A stretch of 64,000 nt of DNA from an uncultured delta proteobacterium (GTDB lineage Bacteria; Myxococcota; Myxococcia; Myxococcales; Anaeromyxobacteraceae). The notes beneath the pieces were generated by a model. That model was not told the origin of the DNA. It was given only the letters and a program-made list of their open reading frames with translations, and made no database searches. Location of the stretch: positions 11,503-75,502 of the forward strand of contig CAWJSR010000012.1 in NCBI GenBank assembly GCA_963845515.1, read 5' to 3'. Within the stretch, counting starts at the first letter, position 1. Every line of letters begins with the position of its first letter. A program made the translations under genes and the position numbers. Of the stretch, positions 10,801 through 25,261 are shown piece after piece.

Positions 10801-12889
10801 CGGCGAGCGACTCGAGCGCGCTCAGGTGGTCGGGAGCCAGCGTGAGCGCCTCGCGGTAGAGCAGGGTCGCCTCTTCGTCGCCGCCGGACATGCGGCTCGC
10901 GATGGCGCCGGCCCGGACGAGCATGGCGGCCGCGGTCGCCGGCGTCGGGGCGCTGTCGGCCTCCCGTCGCAGGAGCGAGATCGAGTCGGTGGTCCGCTCG
11001 GCGCTGGCGTGGAGCCGTCCGAGGGCGCGCTGGGCCGGGACGTGACGCGGATCGATCCCGAGCACCTGCTCCCACTCGAGCCTGGCCGCCTCGGGGTCGG
11101 AGAGCCGCTCCTCCAGGAGCTCGGCGCGGCGCGCGTGGATGGCCGCACGGCGGCGTGGATCGTCGACGACGCTCCCCTCGCAGCCGAGCACCTCGACGAG
11201 CTCCCGGTCGCGCCCCAGCTTCTCGAGGCACCGCGCCAGCGCTCGCAGAGCCAGCAGGTGCTCCGGCTCGACGACGAGGAGCCGCCTCCAGGTCTCGGCG
11301 GCGGCGGCGGTATCCCCGAGCCGTTCCTCCTGGATCTGCGCCATCCGGAAGAGCTGTGCGACGCGCTCCTGGCGCGCGTTCAGCTCGGCCAGATCGGCCT
11401 CCAGGATGCCGAGCAACTGCGCCCAGCGCTCCGCCCTGGTGTAGAGCCGCTCCAGCGCGTCCCGCGCCGGCACGAGTGACGGATCCGTCGCGAGGGCGGC
11501 GCGATACTGCTCGAGCGCCTCCTCCGTCCGGCCGAGCCGACCCTCCATGACCTCGGCCGCCCGCAGCAGGAGCAGGCTGCGATCGGCCGCGTCCACCGCG
11601 GCGTCCGCCTCGGCCAGGTAGGCGGTGGCCACCCCCTCGAAGTCGCCGATCCGCGCGCAGAGGCGCCCGAGCGTGGAGAGGATGGCGCGCTCCCCGGGGA
11701 CCAGCGCCAGGGCCTCCCGGCAGGCGGCGAGCGCCTCGGGTACCCGCCCGCGCAGCTCCTGGAGCGTCGCGAGCCTCAGCAGGACGTCGACGGCCTCCTT
11801 CCGCTCTGCCGGGGCGCCCCTGCTGGCGAAGACCTCGGCGAGCGCAGAGAGCGCTTCCGTCTCCCCGGCGAGCTCGCCGGCCGCCTCCTGCGCGCGCGCG
11901 AGGGCGCGGAGGATCTCCGGCGAGCGCGGTGCCGCCTGGGCAGCGCGCTGGAGACACTCGATGGAGGCGGGGAGCCGGCCGAGCCGGCTGTCGACCCATG
12001 CGGCCGCGGCCCACGCGGCCGCCGCCTCGCGCCCCGTCGCTTCTTCCGCCTCGGAGCGCAGGAGGGAGGCGAGCTCTTCCCATTTCCCCTCCGCGCGGGC
12101 GTGGCGGCGTGCAGCCGCGCGAAGGAACGGATCCTGGGGACGGCGGGCGAAGGCGGAGAGGTAGAGCTCGGCCGCGCGCTCCGGGTCCCCTAGCGACTCC
12201 TCGAGGAGCGTCGCGGCTGCGGCCTGGAAGTGTGGCGCGAGGGCGGCGTCCGCGACCGTCTCGGAGCAGCGCATCCAGGCTTCCGCCAGCGCGGCGGCGT
12301 CGCCCGCTGCCGCCGCGGCGGCCGCCTGCGCCTCGGCCACCGCGAAGGAGGCCGGGGCGGCCGAGGCGGCCTCCTTCAGCACCGCCTGGGCCTCCGGCAC
12401 CCGCCCCAGGCCGAGTAGCCAGCGAACGCGGTGGGCTGCAAGCTGCGCTCGGCTCGCGGGGTCGGCCTCCAGCCGCTCCTCCGCCGCGAGGACGTCGACG
12501 ACGAACGAGTCGTCGCCCAGGTGGGTCGCGAGTCGCCGGGCGGCGTGCAGGTTCGGTCGGAAGGTCGGGTCCCGCTCGAAGGCCCGCCGGTGGACGGCGA
12601 GAGCCTCGGCAGGGGAAGCGAGCCGCTCCTCGAAGATCCGGCCGGCCTCGAAGAGGAGGGCGGCGGCGGCGGGCGGATCCTCCGCCCTGGCCAGCGCCTC
12701 GCGCTCGTAGCCCGCAGCGATCGACGCCCAGTCGAGGGCGTCGAATGGCTCGGTGGGGGAGGCCTCGATCCGTGCCGAGATCTGGCCGGCGATGGAGTCG
12801 GCCAGGGCGTCGGCTAGCGCATCCGCGAGGGTGACCTCGGTGGTCGAGTCCCCACCATCGGGCCAGCCATCTGACTCCCGCTCCGGCAC
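7868..12889 (-). CDS. Very large TPR-repeat protein (myxobacterial type)
   Basis: 1673 aa of TPR-like helical repeats (A...Y..AL..DP....A...L..L). Confidence 0.85.
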   Translation of the reverse strand: MPERESDGWPDGGDSTTEVTLADALADALADSIAGQISARIEASPTEPFDALDWASIAAGYEREALARAEDPPAAAALLFEAGRIFEERLASPAEALAVHRRAFERDPTFRPNLHAARRLATHLGDDSFVVDVLAAEERLEADPASRAQLAAHRVRWLLGLGRVPEAQAVLKEAASAAPASFAVAEAQAAAAAAAGDAAALAEAWMRCSETVADAALAPHFQAAAATLLEESLGDPERAAELYLSAFARRPQDPFLRAAARRHARAEGKWEELASLLRSEAEEATGREAAAAWAAAAWVDSRLGRLPASIECLQRAAQAAPRSPEILRALARAQEAAGELAGETEALSALAEVFASRGAPAERKEAVDVLLRLATLQELRGRVPEALAACREALALVPGERAILSTLGRLCARIGDFEGVATAYLAEADAAVDAADRSLLLLRAAEVMEGRLGRTEEALEQYRAALATDPSLVPARDALERLYTRAERWAQLLGILEADLAELNARQERVAQLFRMAQIQEERLGDTAAAAETWRRLLVVEPEHLLALRALARCLEKLGRDRELVEVLGCEGSVVDDPRRRAAIHARRAELLEERLSDPEAARLEWEQVLGIDPRHVPAQRALGRLHASAERTTDSISLLRREADSAPTPATAAAMLVRAGAIASRMSGGDEEATLLYREALTLAPDHLSALESLAGIYRRRGDSEALIEVLRSRAAATQVPEVKGASLVEAARLCEEKLGDTTQAVAAYEEALAADPGQLFARTALDRLHSHARRRDALRALRSGPSAPATTELLVQRVAMELGDGGDRAAAREAAQALGRMRASGAPAMVALAGGLPAHTRAQIRTALSEGASNAADIAVILMSAAAEQEPGAARDAILARAAAIAPEQAPLAPHAADAMRQGSPADVAARLQAAAEREESPGFRAHCFVCAGEAWERAGDDSSALAAYRAALTVAPEHLPALRAARAVLARSGDWAAVRGTLQVEGMARRDGAGSAAAWLRAGAIAEEHFDDAESASRDYRNAAERDPSDSTALLRLEALVAGQSSFELLELKRARAASETEPERAAAAWLDVARIASLMGAAGSSDLLDALDRALAAQPALAPALALRARALGEEGRIREAVDDYQACIGLTQEGPPRFPLHLAAAALLQDSESDPVATLRHLEAALALSPESPEALGRLARLHFDAQDLPAAADALRRLADLPSTSAAARAEHLLGLAPIEAARGDLGAAADACRRALEAHPGDPRALRLLAEFEERRANWAGLAAAHELAAETAPDHTARLQARIALARVCADRLEDRDRAIEQLNAALATSPEHDDARVLLARLLEEAGSPLAAQEHLTLIAGTPARVDSWSALYRIFSAAGARDRALVAAGVLAWLGAPSPGPEADALLAAGTLRDLPQVPVLAESDWALIRHPLVQGPLADVLEVAGPAITSAICPAVPPPTHPIRADHPMREEVAELAAAMGIEAWDVRPGDPGRVTATAATPPVLEVGLDVTSRSTPLETRFLFGRALASVRQQAHLADTLPEATLGPAIAAAVNTVVPGYSGTGTPSEELVRKLGKVMGRRERRALEPAARALAAIHPAPDLAKWRAGARLSAERAGAVLCGDIPTALSLMVGERALGGRTLTAAERAAAALERPEIASLLAFASTEEHFLLRKRLRVALG

Positions 12890-12921
12890 GTGAGCCCCCT
12901 GGCGGGTCGTCCGCCGGCTCG

Positions 12922-13128
12922 CTAAGTCTCGAACCGGTCGATCTTACCGTGCTTCTGGAGGATTTCGAGGGCGCCCTTCGTGACCTTCTCCTTGTCGCCA
13001 CCCTGGAGCTTGACGACCAGCGGGGAGATCCCGGGATCCGCGGGCCTCACTGCGACGGCCCAGCCGTCGCCGAGATCCCTGTCCGCGGTTACGGTGCACT
13101 CGGTGTTGCCGATGAAGGCTCGCGCCAT
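12922..13128 (-). CDS. Small hypothetical protein
   Basis: 68 aa with globular composition; AGGAGAG RBS upstream. Confidence 0.7.
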   Translation of the reverse strand: MARAFIGNTECTVTADRDLGDGWAVAVRPADPGISPLVVKLQGGDKEKVTKGALEILQKHGKIDRFET

Positions 13129-13283
13129 CGGTCTCTCCTGAAAGCGATGAGGGGTCGAAAACCGGCGCGACGATAGCCCAAAGGCGGTCGATCCGAAAGG
13201 CGAACCTGCAGTCGCCGGAGCACCTCCACAGCGGGCGAAACCGTGGTTAGAGTGGGGCCTTACGCGGGGAGGGAGGCAGGTCG

Positions 13284-14666
13284 ATGGAGCGGCTGCAGCT
13301 CGACGTAAACGGGTGCTTCGACTCTCAGGCGGGCGGGCTGGCCCGCGAGGAGCTCGCGTCGCTGGGCGGGGCGGCGGCGAGGGTCTACGAGACCTTCGAG
13401 GCGCGCAGGCGGACGGGAGAGATCGGCTTCCCCGACCTCCCGAGGAACCGGGGGCTCTCGCAGCAGACGGCCGGGCTCGCGCGCGAGCTGGCAGCTCGCT
13501 TCGACAACCTCATCGTCCTCGGCATCGGCGGGAGCTCGCTCGGCGGGCGAGCGCTCGTCGCCGCGCTGGCGCACCCGTTCCACAACCACCTCCCGAGGGT
13601 GCGACGGACGGGGCTCAAGGTCTTCTTCCCGGACAACTCGGATCCCTCGACGTTCGACGGGCTCCTCTCGGCGGTGGACCTCGCCGAGACGTGCTTCGCG
13701 ACCATCACGAAGTCCGGCGGGACCGCAGAGACGATGGCGCAGCACCTCGTCCTGCGGGAGCGGTGCATCGTCCGGTTCGGCATGGCGGGCTATCGCGAGC
13801 GCTGCGTGCTCGTCACCGACCCGGCCAAGGGGGCGCTGCGCAAGATCGCGGACGACGACGGGCTGAGGGCCCTCGGCGTGCCGACCAACATCGGCGGCCG
13901 CTTCAGCGCGCTGAGCCCGGTCGGGCTCCTTCCGGCCGCCGCCGCCGGGGTCGACGTCGAGGCGCTGCTGGACGGCGCGGCCTCCATGGAGGAGCGCTGC
14001 CGCTCCGGATCCCCGCTCGAGAACCCGGCGCTGCTCTACGCCGCCGCGCTCCACCTGGCCGACGTGAAGCGGGAGCAGCGGATCCACGTGTTGATGCCCT
14101 ACGCCGACGGCCTGCGCGACCTCGCCGACTGGTTCGTGCAGCTCTGGGCCGAGTCGCTCGGGAAGTCCGAGAAGGTCGGCCCCACGCCGTTCCGAGCGGT
14201 CGGTGCCACCGACCAGCACTCGTCCATCCAGCTCATGATGGAGGGACCGAAGGACAAGCTCGTCACGTTCGTTCGCGTGGAGACTCCGCGCGCGGACGTG
14301 AAGATCGACGTGCCCGAGCCGTATCGGGAGCACGCCGAGATCGCCTACCTCGACGGTCACACGATGCGCGAGCTGCTCGACGCGGAGCTCACGTCCACCG
14401 AGGCCGCGCTCCGCAGGGCCGGCCGGCCGAGCCTCCGGATCACGCTCCCGAGGCTCGACGCCCGCACGATGGGCGAGCTCGTCATGTTCTTCGAGCTCGC
14501 GACGGCCTATGCGGGCGGGCTGTACGGCGTCAACCCGTTCGACCAGCCGGGGGTCGAGGCGGGGAAGCGCTACGCGCAGGGGCTGCTCGGGCGGCCGGGG
14601 TACGAGAAGGCGCGGGAGGAGCTGCTGTCGCGCCCCGCGGCCGACCCGGCGCTCGTGCTGGGGTGA
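13284..14666 (+). CDS. pgi: Glucose-6-phosphate isomerase
   Basis: LGIGGSSLG, TKSGGTAET, IGGRFSALS, QLWAESLGK, GATDQHS, NPFDQPGVEAGK. Confidence 0.96.
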   Translation: MERLQLDVNGCFDSQAGGLAREELASLGGAAARVYETFEARRRTGEIGFPDLPRNRGLSQQTAGLARELAARFDNLIVLGIGGSSLGGRALVAALAHPFHNHLPRVRRTGLKVFFPDNSDPSTFDGLLSAVDLAETCFATITKSGGTAETMAQHLVLRERCIVRFGMAGYRERCVLVTDPAKGALRKIADDDGLRALGVPTNIGGRFSALSPVGLLPAAAAGVDVEALLDGAASMEERCRSGSPLENPALLYAAALHLADVKREQRIHVLMPYADGLRDLADWFVQLWAESLGKSEKVGPTPFRAVGATDQHSSIQLMMEGPKDKLVTFVRVETPRADVKIDVPEPYREHAEIAYLDGHTMRELLDAELTSTEAALRRAGRPSLRITLPRLDARTMGELVMFFELATAYAGGLYGVNPFDQPGVEAGKRYAQGLLGRPGYEKAREELLSRPAADPALVLG

Positions 14667-14747
14667 CGCCGAGGTGGGCGTGCGGGACGCGCGCCCGGGG
14701 AGGGCGGATGGCAAGGCGGAACAGGAGGCATTAGGATGGGGATTGCG

Positions 14748-14993
14748 ATGCGGGCACTCAAGGCACACGTGAAGGGCGGACGGCTCCTGCTGGACGAGCC
14801 GACCGAGTTGCCGGACGGCGAGGAAGTCGAGTTGGTTCCGCTCGACGAGGTGCTCGCCAGCGGCGGGGACTATCTGGGCGACGAGGAGCGCGAGCGTCTG
14901 CACGAGTCGCTTCGTGAGAGCATCAGGCAGCTAAAGGCCGGCCAGATGGTGGACGCGGCGACGGCCCTCGCCGAACTGCGCGCCCACCGATGA
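14748..14993 (+). CDS. Putative type II antitoxin
   Basis: ALKAHVKGGRLLLDEPTELPDGEEVEL beta-rich N-terminus; ATGA overlap with the downstream toxin. Confidence 0.7.
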   Translation: MRALKAHVKGGRLLLDEPTELPDGEEVELVPLDEVLASGGDYLGDEERERLHESLRESIRQLKAGQMVDAATALAELRAHR

Positions 14994-15286
14994 CCCTGCG
15001 TCTTACGCCACGCGCGCTGGCAGAGGCCAAGCGCATCAAGACGTGGTGGCGTAGGAACCGGCCGGCGGCTCCCAGCATGTTCGACCAGGAGTTCGCGGCT
15101 GCGCTTGACCGAATCGCGCAGTTGCCGGGGGTAGGCAAGCTGTACGTGGAGGGGGACCTCGACGTGCCCGTCCGGCGCGTGCTCCTCCCCAAGACGCTGA
15201 ACCACGTCTACTACACCGTCGCAGGGCAGGACGTGGTGGTGCTCTCGGTCTGGGGCACTCTGCATGAGCGCGGCCCGCGGCTGTAG
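14990..15286 (+). CDS. RelE/ParE-family toxin
   Basis: LRLTPRA..E...I..WW, LD.I...P..G, VRRVLLP....HVYY, VVVLSVW. Confidence 0.85.
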   Translation: MTLRLTPRALAEAKRIKTWWRRNRPAAPSMFDQEFAAALDRIAQLPGVGKLYVEGDLDVPVRRVLLPKTLNHVYYTVAGQDVVVLSVWGTLHERGPRL

Positions 15287-15503
15287 CCCGCCCCCACGAA
15301 CGCGCCGCGCGAGGTCCGGCCAGCCCCGAAGTTGATGCCAAGTGTACTCCCCACGCGTCGCCCGCAGCTCCGCGCCCAACTGCGGGCCGGAGGGTGAAGC
15401 TCCAAATCCTCCCTCGCGCGCAGGCACAAGTGCGCACACCGAAGCTGTTCGACGAGCGTCTGTAGCCTGGGCCGGCGAGGGCGGACCGTGCTACGTATCC
15501 CCG

Positions 15504-17312
15504 ATGGCCCGCGTCCACCTCCTCCCTCCCGGTCTCGTGAACCAGATCGCCGCCGGCGAGGTGGTCGAGCGCCCTGCGTCCATCGTCAAGGAGCTGGCGG
15601 AGAACTCGCTCGACGCCGGCGCCCGGAACGTCACGATCGACATCGAGGAGGGCGGGCTGGCGCTCGTGCGGGTCGCGGACGACGGGTCGGGGATGGAGCA
15701 CGAGGACGCCCTGCTCGCGCTGGAGCGCCACGCCACCTCGAAGCTGGCCGACGCGGAGGGGCTGGCCGCCATCGCGACCATGGGCTTCCGCGGCGAGGCG
15801 CTCCCGGCGATCGCCTCCGTCGCGCGCTTCCGGCTCGACACGGCGCCCGGCGGCGACGGGTCGGGGACCCGGATCGTCGTGGAGGGTGGAGCGCTGGTCG
15901 AGTCGGCGGCCGTCGCCCGCGCGCGGGGGACGACCATCGAGGTGCGCGACCTCTTCTTCAACACGCCCGCCCGCCGGAAGTTCATGCGCGCCAGCGCCAC
16001 CGAGGCGAGCCACGTGAGCGAGGCGGTCGTGCGCCTCGCCCTCGCGCGACCCGACGTGGGGTTCACCCTCAAGTCCTCGGGCAGGCTGCTCTTCGGCGCT
16101 CGCGCCGGCGGCGACCTGGCCGATCGGGTGGGGCAGGCGCTCGGCCGCGAGGCCTTCCGCCACCTCGTGGCTGTGGACGGGCGGCGCGGCGAGGTCGGCG
16201 TGCGCGGCTTCGTCTGCTCGCCGGACCACTCCGAGGCGACTGGCCGCTCGCTCTACCTCTTCGTGAACGGGCGCTACATACGAGACCGCTCGGCGGCGCA
16301 CGCCGTCCTGAGGGCCTACATGGGGACGCTCCCAGGGGGCCGATACCCGGCGGGCGCCCTCTTCGTGGAGCTCCCGCTGAACCGGGTCGACGTCAACGTC
16401 CACCCGCAGAAGCTGGAGGTGCGCTTCGCCGAGCCTCGCGAGGTGCAGGAGGCGCTCAACCGCACGGTCGCGGAGGCGCTCAGGACTGCGCCGTGGCTCC
16501 GGCCCGACGGGGCGGGGCGGCCGCAAGCCGGCCAGGCGATCCCGCCGGCGCCCGCAGGAGGCTGGCCCTCGGAGGTGCGCGAGCGCGATGGCGCGGAGAG
16601 CGTCCTTGCCCTGGCGCGCGCGCTCCACGCGCCCGAGGGAAGCGGCGCCTCACCGCTGCCTGCCAGCGCGGCGCCGGCGCTGCCGTTCAGGGTCGACGGC
16701 GGGGAGGGGATCTCACCTTCCGCCGGGTACTTCGCCTCGCTGCGCTACATCGGCCAGCACGCCAGGACCTACCTCCTCTGCGAGGGGGCGGGGGGCAGGC
16801 TGGTGATCATCGATCAGCACGCCAGCCACGAGCGGATGCTCTTCCACCGGCTGCGCGAGGCGGCCCGCGCCCGGACCCTCGCCGTGCAGCCGTTCCTGCT
16901 TCCACAGGTGGTCGCGCTCTCGCCCGGGGCGGCCCGGTCCATCGAGGCCCACCGCGAGGAGATCGCCCGGCTCGGACTGGAGGTGGAGCCCTTCGGCGGC
17001 GAGAGCTTCGCGGTGAAGGGTGCGCCGGCCGCGCTCGCTGGGGTCGAGGTCGGGCCGCTCCTCACCGACCTGTCGGACCAGCTCGGAGAGCTCGACCGGG
17101 GCACCGCCGTCGAGGACGCGTTCCACGACCTGCTGGCGACGATGGCCTGCCACGCCGCGGTGAGGGCTCACCAGGAGCTCGCGGCGGAGGAGGCGCGGGC
17201 GCTGCTCGACGGGCTGGACGCCATCGACTTCAAGGCTCGCTGCCCCCACGGCCGCCCGGTCGTGATGGAGCTGGAGCTGGCGGAGCTGGAGCGGCGCGTC
17301 GGCCGGCGTTGA
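15504..17312 (+). CDS. mutL: DNA mismatch repair protein MutL
   Basis: [48 protein letters not shown]. Confidence 0.97.
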   Translation: MARVHLLPPGLVNQIAAGEVVERPASIVKELAENSLDAGARNVTIDIEEGGLALVRVADDGSGMEHEDALLALERHATSKLADAEGLAAIATMGFRGEALPAIASVARFRLDTAPGGDGSGTRIVVEGGALVESAAVARARGTTIEVRDLFFNTPARRKFMRASATEASHVSEAVVRLALARPDVGFTLKSSGRLLFGARAGGDLADRVGQALGREAFRHLVAVDGRRGEVGVRGFVCSPDHSEATGRSLYLFVNGRYIRDRSAAHAVLRAYMGTLPGGRYPAGALFVELPLNRVDVNVHPQKLEVRFAEPREVQEALNRTVAEALRTAPWLRPDGAGRPQAGQAIPPAPAGGWPSEVRERDGAESVLALARALHAPEGSGASPLPASAAPALPFRVDGGEGISPSAGYFASLRYIGQHARTYLLCEGAGGRLVIIDQHASHERMLFHRLREAARARTLAVQPFLLPQVVALSPGAARSIEAHREEIARLGLEVEPFGGESFAVKGAPAALAGVEVGPLLTDLSDQLGELDRGTAVEDAFHDLLATMACHAAVRAHQELAAEEARALLDGLDAIDFKARCPHGRPVVMELELAELERRVGRR

Positions 17313-17369
17313 GTCGCAGCCAGCCAAGGTCGTGGACTGAGCCCCGGAACGGTGGCAGATTCGCGGTGC

Positions 17370-17885
17370 GTGGCGCCGCGAGACCCCAAGCTGAAGCCCT
17401 ACCGGGCCGCCCTCTGGGTGACCTACTTCGTGGTCATCCTGGTTCCGATCGGGCTGGTCGTGACGAGCGTGGTGCGCCACCTGCGCGGTCCGCACCGCCC
17501 GAACGGCGCCGTTGCCCTGCCGACACGCGCCGCAGCGCGCGTCTGCGTGCAGGAGCTGGAGGCGCTCAACGCCGATCAGAACCGGCACGCCTGGGCGCTC
17601 GGGCAGGAGATGGGGCGTCCGGACGCAGTCGCCAGGTTCCTCGCGTGGTCACAGGACTTCGAGCGGCGCGTGGAAGACCTCGGCGATCGCTGCCACCTGG
17701 ACGGCGGGGCGCCGGACGCCGGCTTCCGCGGGCGGGCGGAGCTGGCGAAGGCGCGCGACTCCGTCCTCGCGCTTCACCGGGTGTACCGCGCGCAGGCGAA
17801 CCGCTTCGCCCAGGAGGGGGCCGACCTCGCGATCGCCGCGGCCGCGGCGCTGGCCGAAGCCAAGGACGCTGCGCGCCGGCAGTAG
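17370..17885 (+). CDS. Hypothetical membrane-anchored protein
   Basis: N-terminal TM helix followed by a helical domain with two Cys. Confidence 0.65.
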   Translation: MAPRDPKLKPYRAALWVTYFVVILVPIGLVVTSVVRHLRGPHRPNGAVALPTRAAARVCVQELEALNADQNRHAWALGQEMGRPDAVARFLAWSQDFERRVEDLGDRCHLDGGAPDAGFRGRAELAKARDSVLALHRVYRAQANRFAQEGADLAIAAAAALAEAKDAARRQ

Positions 17886-17894
17886 CGGCGCCGA

Positions 17895-19406
<1,512 letters not shown>

Positions 19407-19477
19407 CGTCGGACTATGACACGCGTGGCAGGGTCCAGGCCACCACGCGCGTCATGAGAGTCGGGGTCCGGCCGGCG

Positions 19478-21961
<2,484 letters not shown>

Positions 21962-22094
21962 CGTGAATCTCCTTGGGGCAACCGAAACCAGCGCGATCCC
22001 TTGCGTCTTCCGATACCCGTGGGTTCCCACTATATCAACAACAACGTCGGGGACCTGCCCGATTCCTGGCGATGTGCTCGTCGTTACAAGGGCT

Positions 22095-22124
22095 TTGACA
22101 GCGGCTCGATCGCACCGATAGCAT
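22095..22124 (+). promoter_or_regulatory. Sigma70-type promoter
   Basis: TTGACA-N18-TAGCAT upstream of the metallophosphoesterase. Confidence 0.55.
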
Positions 22125-22173
22125 CCGCGAACACCGGCGGGCCACGCGACATCCAGGCCCGGGGGAGACCGCC

Positions 22174-23013
22174 ATCATCCGCCTCGGACATATCAGCGAC
22201 CTTCACGTCGCCGACAAGGGACGCTACCCGCGCAACGGCCTCACCCCGAAGGACTGCGACAAGCACTCGGTCCGGCTCCTCAAGGGGCTGCTCGAAGCGC
22301 TGGAGGAGGTGGAGGTCGATCACCTCGTCGTGACCGGCGACGTGACCCTCTCGGGAGAGCCGACGGAGTTCGAGAAGGCGAAGAAGCTCCTGGAGCCGTG
22401 GGCGGAGAGCGGGAAGCTGACCGTGCTCCCCGGCAACCACGACGTCTGGAGCTACGAGGCGGCGGAGAAGTACCGCTTCCTCAGGGCGATCGGCGTCGAC
22501 GGGATGGGGATGCGCGCTGCCGTGCAGAGCTTCCCCTGCGCCGTCCCGCTGGGCGACGAGGCTGTCCTCATCGCGCTCGACAGCGCGCGCTGGGGCGAGG
22601 ATCCCTGGCAGACGCCCGGCAAGCTCGGGAGCCAGCAGCTGCGGGTCGCGCGCGAGCTCGTCCGCGAGCACGCCCGCCGCGAGAAGGCGGTGCTGCTCGC
22701 GGTGCACCACCACCTCGTGATCCCGCAGGAGCGGGTCCCGTCGGACGCCCGCGTGGCCCGGATGCCTCTCGCGGACGCGGACCAGATCGTCCGGATGGTC
22801 GCGGAGCTCCCCATCGCGGCCGTCCTGCACGGCCACCGGCACGTCGCCTTCAGGGTCGACCTGCCGGCCCCCACCGGGACGACCCCGGTGCTGTGCGCCG
22901 GCTCGGCGTCGCGGGTGGCGGACGAGCCCGTGCGCCGGGCGCGCGCCTTCGTCTACGAAGTCGATCGCACCGGCGTGAAGAACGTCGAATCATTCGTCGC
23001 AGGAATGGAGTGA
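22174..23013 (+). CDS. Calcineurin-like metallophosphoesterase (apparent ATC start)
   Basis: HISDLH, VVTGDVT, PGNHD, HHH, LHGHRH all in one frame; motif I lies upstream of the first canonical start at 22309. Confidence 0.88.
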   Translation: MIRLGHISDLHVADKGRYPRNGLTPKDCDKHSVRLLKGLLEALEEVEVDHLVVTGDVTLSGEPTEFEKAKKLLEPWAESGKLTVLPGNHDVWSYEAAEKYRFLRAIGVDGMGMRAAVQSFPCAVPLGDEAVLIALDSARWGEDPWQTPGKLGSQQLRVARELVREHARREKAVLLAVHHHLVIPQERVPSDARVARMPLADADQIVRMVAELPIAAVLHGHRHVAFRVDLPAPTGTTPVLCAGSASRVADEPVRRARAFVYEVDRTGVKNVESFVAGME

Positions 23014-23017
23014 ACCG

Positions 23018-23933
23018 ATGAAGAAGCTCCTGTTCGTAGCGCTCCCCGCAGGGTTGTTGATCCTGGGCGTAGTTGGCTTCTTCTCCACGCTCCGAAGCCG
23101 GGGCGAGGCGAGCGCGGCCCTGCTCGAGCGCGCGCAGCTGAAGCGCGAGTTCGTGGAGCGGGCCGCCGTGGGTCGCGCGCTCCCTCCCGAGCGGATCGAC
23201 GAGTGGCGGGACGAGGCCGCGGCGCTCTTCCGCTGGTACCTGCGAGGAGCTCTCGGCCATCCGGAATCGCCACCCGACCGTCCCCGCGGCGCCGACGGGG
23301 GTGGCGGCGGCGGCAGAGGAGCGGAAGGGGAAGTTCACCGACAAGGAGCGCGCCAGCTACGAGGAGTGGCAGAAGCTCGCCGAGGGGCGCTTCGCGCTCG
23401 TGAAGGAGGCACGCTACGCGCCGCTCTTCACCTCGACCGTCGAGGGGATGCGGCTCGACCTGCTCGCGATCGAGCCGGGTCCGCACCCTGCCGGCGGTGA
23501 CCGCGGCATCCGGATCGACTTCGCGCTCTGGGGCGCGCCGCGGCGCGTCGAGAAGGAGAAGTCGGGGGACGTGACCACCACCAAGGTCCTGCTGCCCATC
23601 GTCTTCCGGCAGATCGCCTTCCGCATGCTGGACGAGAAGGGGAAGCTCTACGGGGAGATGAACGGGCCCGGCGAGCCGTTCCAGAAGCTGGCCGACCCCG
23701 AGCGGTGGGTGGAGGACTTCCCCCCGGGCGTCGTCTTCGGGACCTGGTGGGTCGACCTCCTCCCCAGGGAGGCCGTGACGACCGAGATCGACCTGGACGT
23801 CTCGCTGCGCGGGGCCAACGGCAACGAGCGAGCCGGCCTCTTCAAGTTCACCATGCCGGTCCGCGAGGAGTGGAGGGTCCCGGCGGGCGCAGCCTACGAG
23901 GCGCAGACCCGCGAAGGCGCGCCGACTCCCTAG
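23018..23933 (+). CDS. Hypothetical membrane-anchored protein (frameshift ~23250-23300)
   Basis: N-terminal TM in ORF 23018; globular continuation in ORF 23301-23933. Confidence 0.7.
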
Positions 23934-23959
23934 CGGAGCGCCCCAGGCACCGCTAGCCA

Positions 23960-25261
23960 GTGGCGACGAAGAAGAAGGCGAAGCGCGCTCCGCGCGCCAG
24001 GAGCGCGCGGGCGGCCAAGCCGCCTGCCCGAGCGCTCCCGGCCGCGGACGGGGACGCGCCGCTCCACGAGCTGACTCGCGACGAGCTCTCCGTCTTCCTC
24101 TACGCGGCGCTCCTCCCCGAGGAGAACCTCCTCGTCGTCAGGGAGCTCGGGCTCTCGGTCCCCGGCTTCCGTACAGAGGCGCTCTCCGAGCCGGAGCGGT
24201 GCGACCTCATCGCAGACGAGGTGCGGGCGTCGCCACCGCTGCGCGCCAACGTGCTCGACGCCCTGCGGAAGGGTTTCGGGCACCCCCCGCTCATAGCGGT
24301 CGGCCTCGACCCGCGGGCGGCGCAGGACCTCGTCGACGTCGGGACCACGGAGCACGGCAGCGTGCTGGCGCTCTGGCGCGTCCTCGCCGACCCGGCGCCG
24401 GCCGTGCGCGCGCTCGCCAGACCGCTGCTGGCGCGCATGGTGGAGGAGTACTACGGGCCGCCGCCAGGTGGTGGCGGCGAGCGGGAGCCGCGCGGGGAAG
24501 AACCCGCGGAGGGTTCCGACCGCGACGACGCGGGGAGGCTCCGGCAGCTCGAGCGGCAGCTCGAGGTGCTGCGCGAGCGGGCCGAGCAGGCGCAGTCCAG
24601 GCGGGACGAACGCGCGGAGAAGCTGCAGGGGCAGCTCAAGGAGGCGCGCGCGACCGAGGCCCGCGCGGCCGGCGACGCCGCCCGGGCCAGGGAGGCCGCC
24701 GAGCAGGCCAGGCGGGCGCTGGAGCACGCCGAGGCCGAGCTGAAGGCCGCGCGCGGAACGGACGCAGCGGCGGAGGCCCAGCGGGCGCGACAGGATGCGC
24801 GCGAGCTCGCCGGGAAGCTCGGCGCGGCCGACGCCCGCGCCGAGCGAGCGGAGGCCAGGGTTGCGGTCCTGGAGCGGGCCGTCGAGCAGGCCCTTGCCCG
24901 CGCAGCGGCGGCTCCGAGCGCGCAGCCGGCCTCGGCCGAGGCGGAGGAACCGGACGAGGCGCCCGCCAGCTGGCTCCTGCCGATCTACACGCGCGAGTTC
25001 TACGACTCGCTGGAGGGGTGGGAGCGCCGGATCCAGCGGGCCGCGTTCAAGCAGGCCCACCTGCTCGCCCAGGATCACCGTCACCCGAGCCTGCGCGCGC
25101 TGCCGCTGGAGGGGCTCCCCGGCTACTACCGCGTGAGGGTCGCCACCGACGTTCGCCTCATCTACAGGCGCGGCGAGCAGCAGAGCGCCGTCGAGATCCT
25201 CTCGCTGATCGATCGGGAGGACCTGGATCGATACGTGCGGCAGGCGAAGACCAGGGGTTAG
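23960..25261 (+). CDS. Coiled-coil protein with C-terminal RelE/ParE-like domain
   Basis: Long heptad-like region, then YTREFYDSL...[24 protein letters not shown]. Confidence 0.7.
   Translation: MATKKKAKRAPRARSARAAKPPARALPAADGDAPLHELTRDELSVFLYAALLPEENLLVVRELGLSVPGFRTEALSEPERCDLIADEVRASPPLRANVLDALRKGFGHPPLIAVGLDPRAAQDLVDVGTTEHGSVLALWRVLADPAPAVRALARPLLARMVEEYYGPPPGGGGEREPRGEEPAEGSDRDDAGRLRQLERQLEVLRERAEQAQSRRDERAEKLQGQLKEARATEARAAGDAARAREAAEQARRALEHAEAELKAARGTDAAAEAQRARQDARELAGKLGAADARAERAEARVAVLERAVEQALARAAAAPSAQPASAEAEEPDEAPASWLLPIYTREFYDSLEGWERRIQRAAFKQAHLLAQDHRHPSLRALPLEGLPGYYRVRVATDVRLIYRRGEQQSAVEILSLIDREDLDRYVRQAKTRG

Noticed and set aside
13140..13283. c-di-GMP-I riboswitch-like GGCGAAACC upstream of pgi
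   Set aside because: The tetraloop/receptor and second stem are not recognisable; promoter sequence is an adequate explanation.
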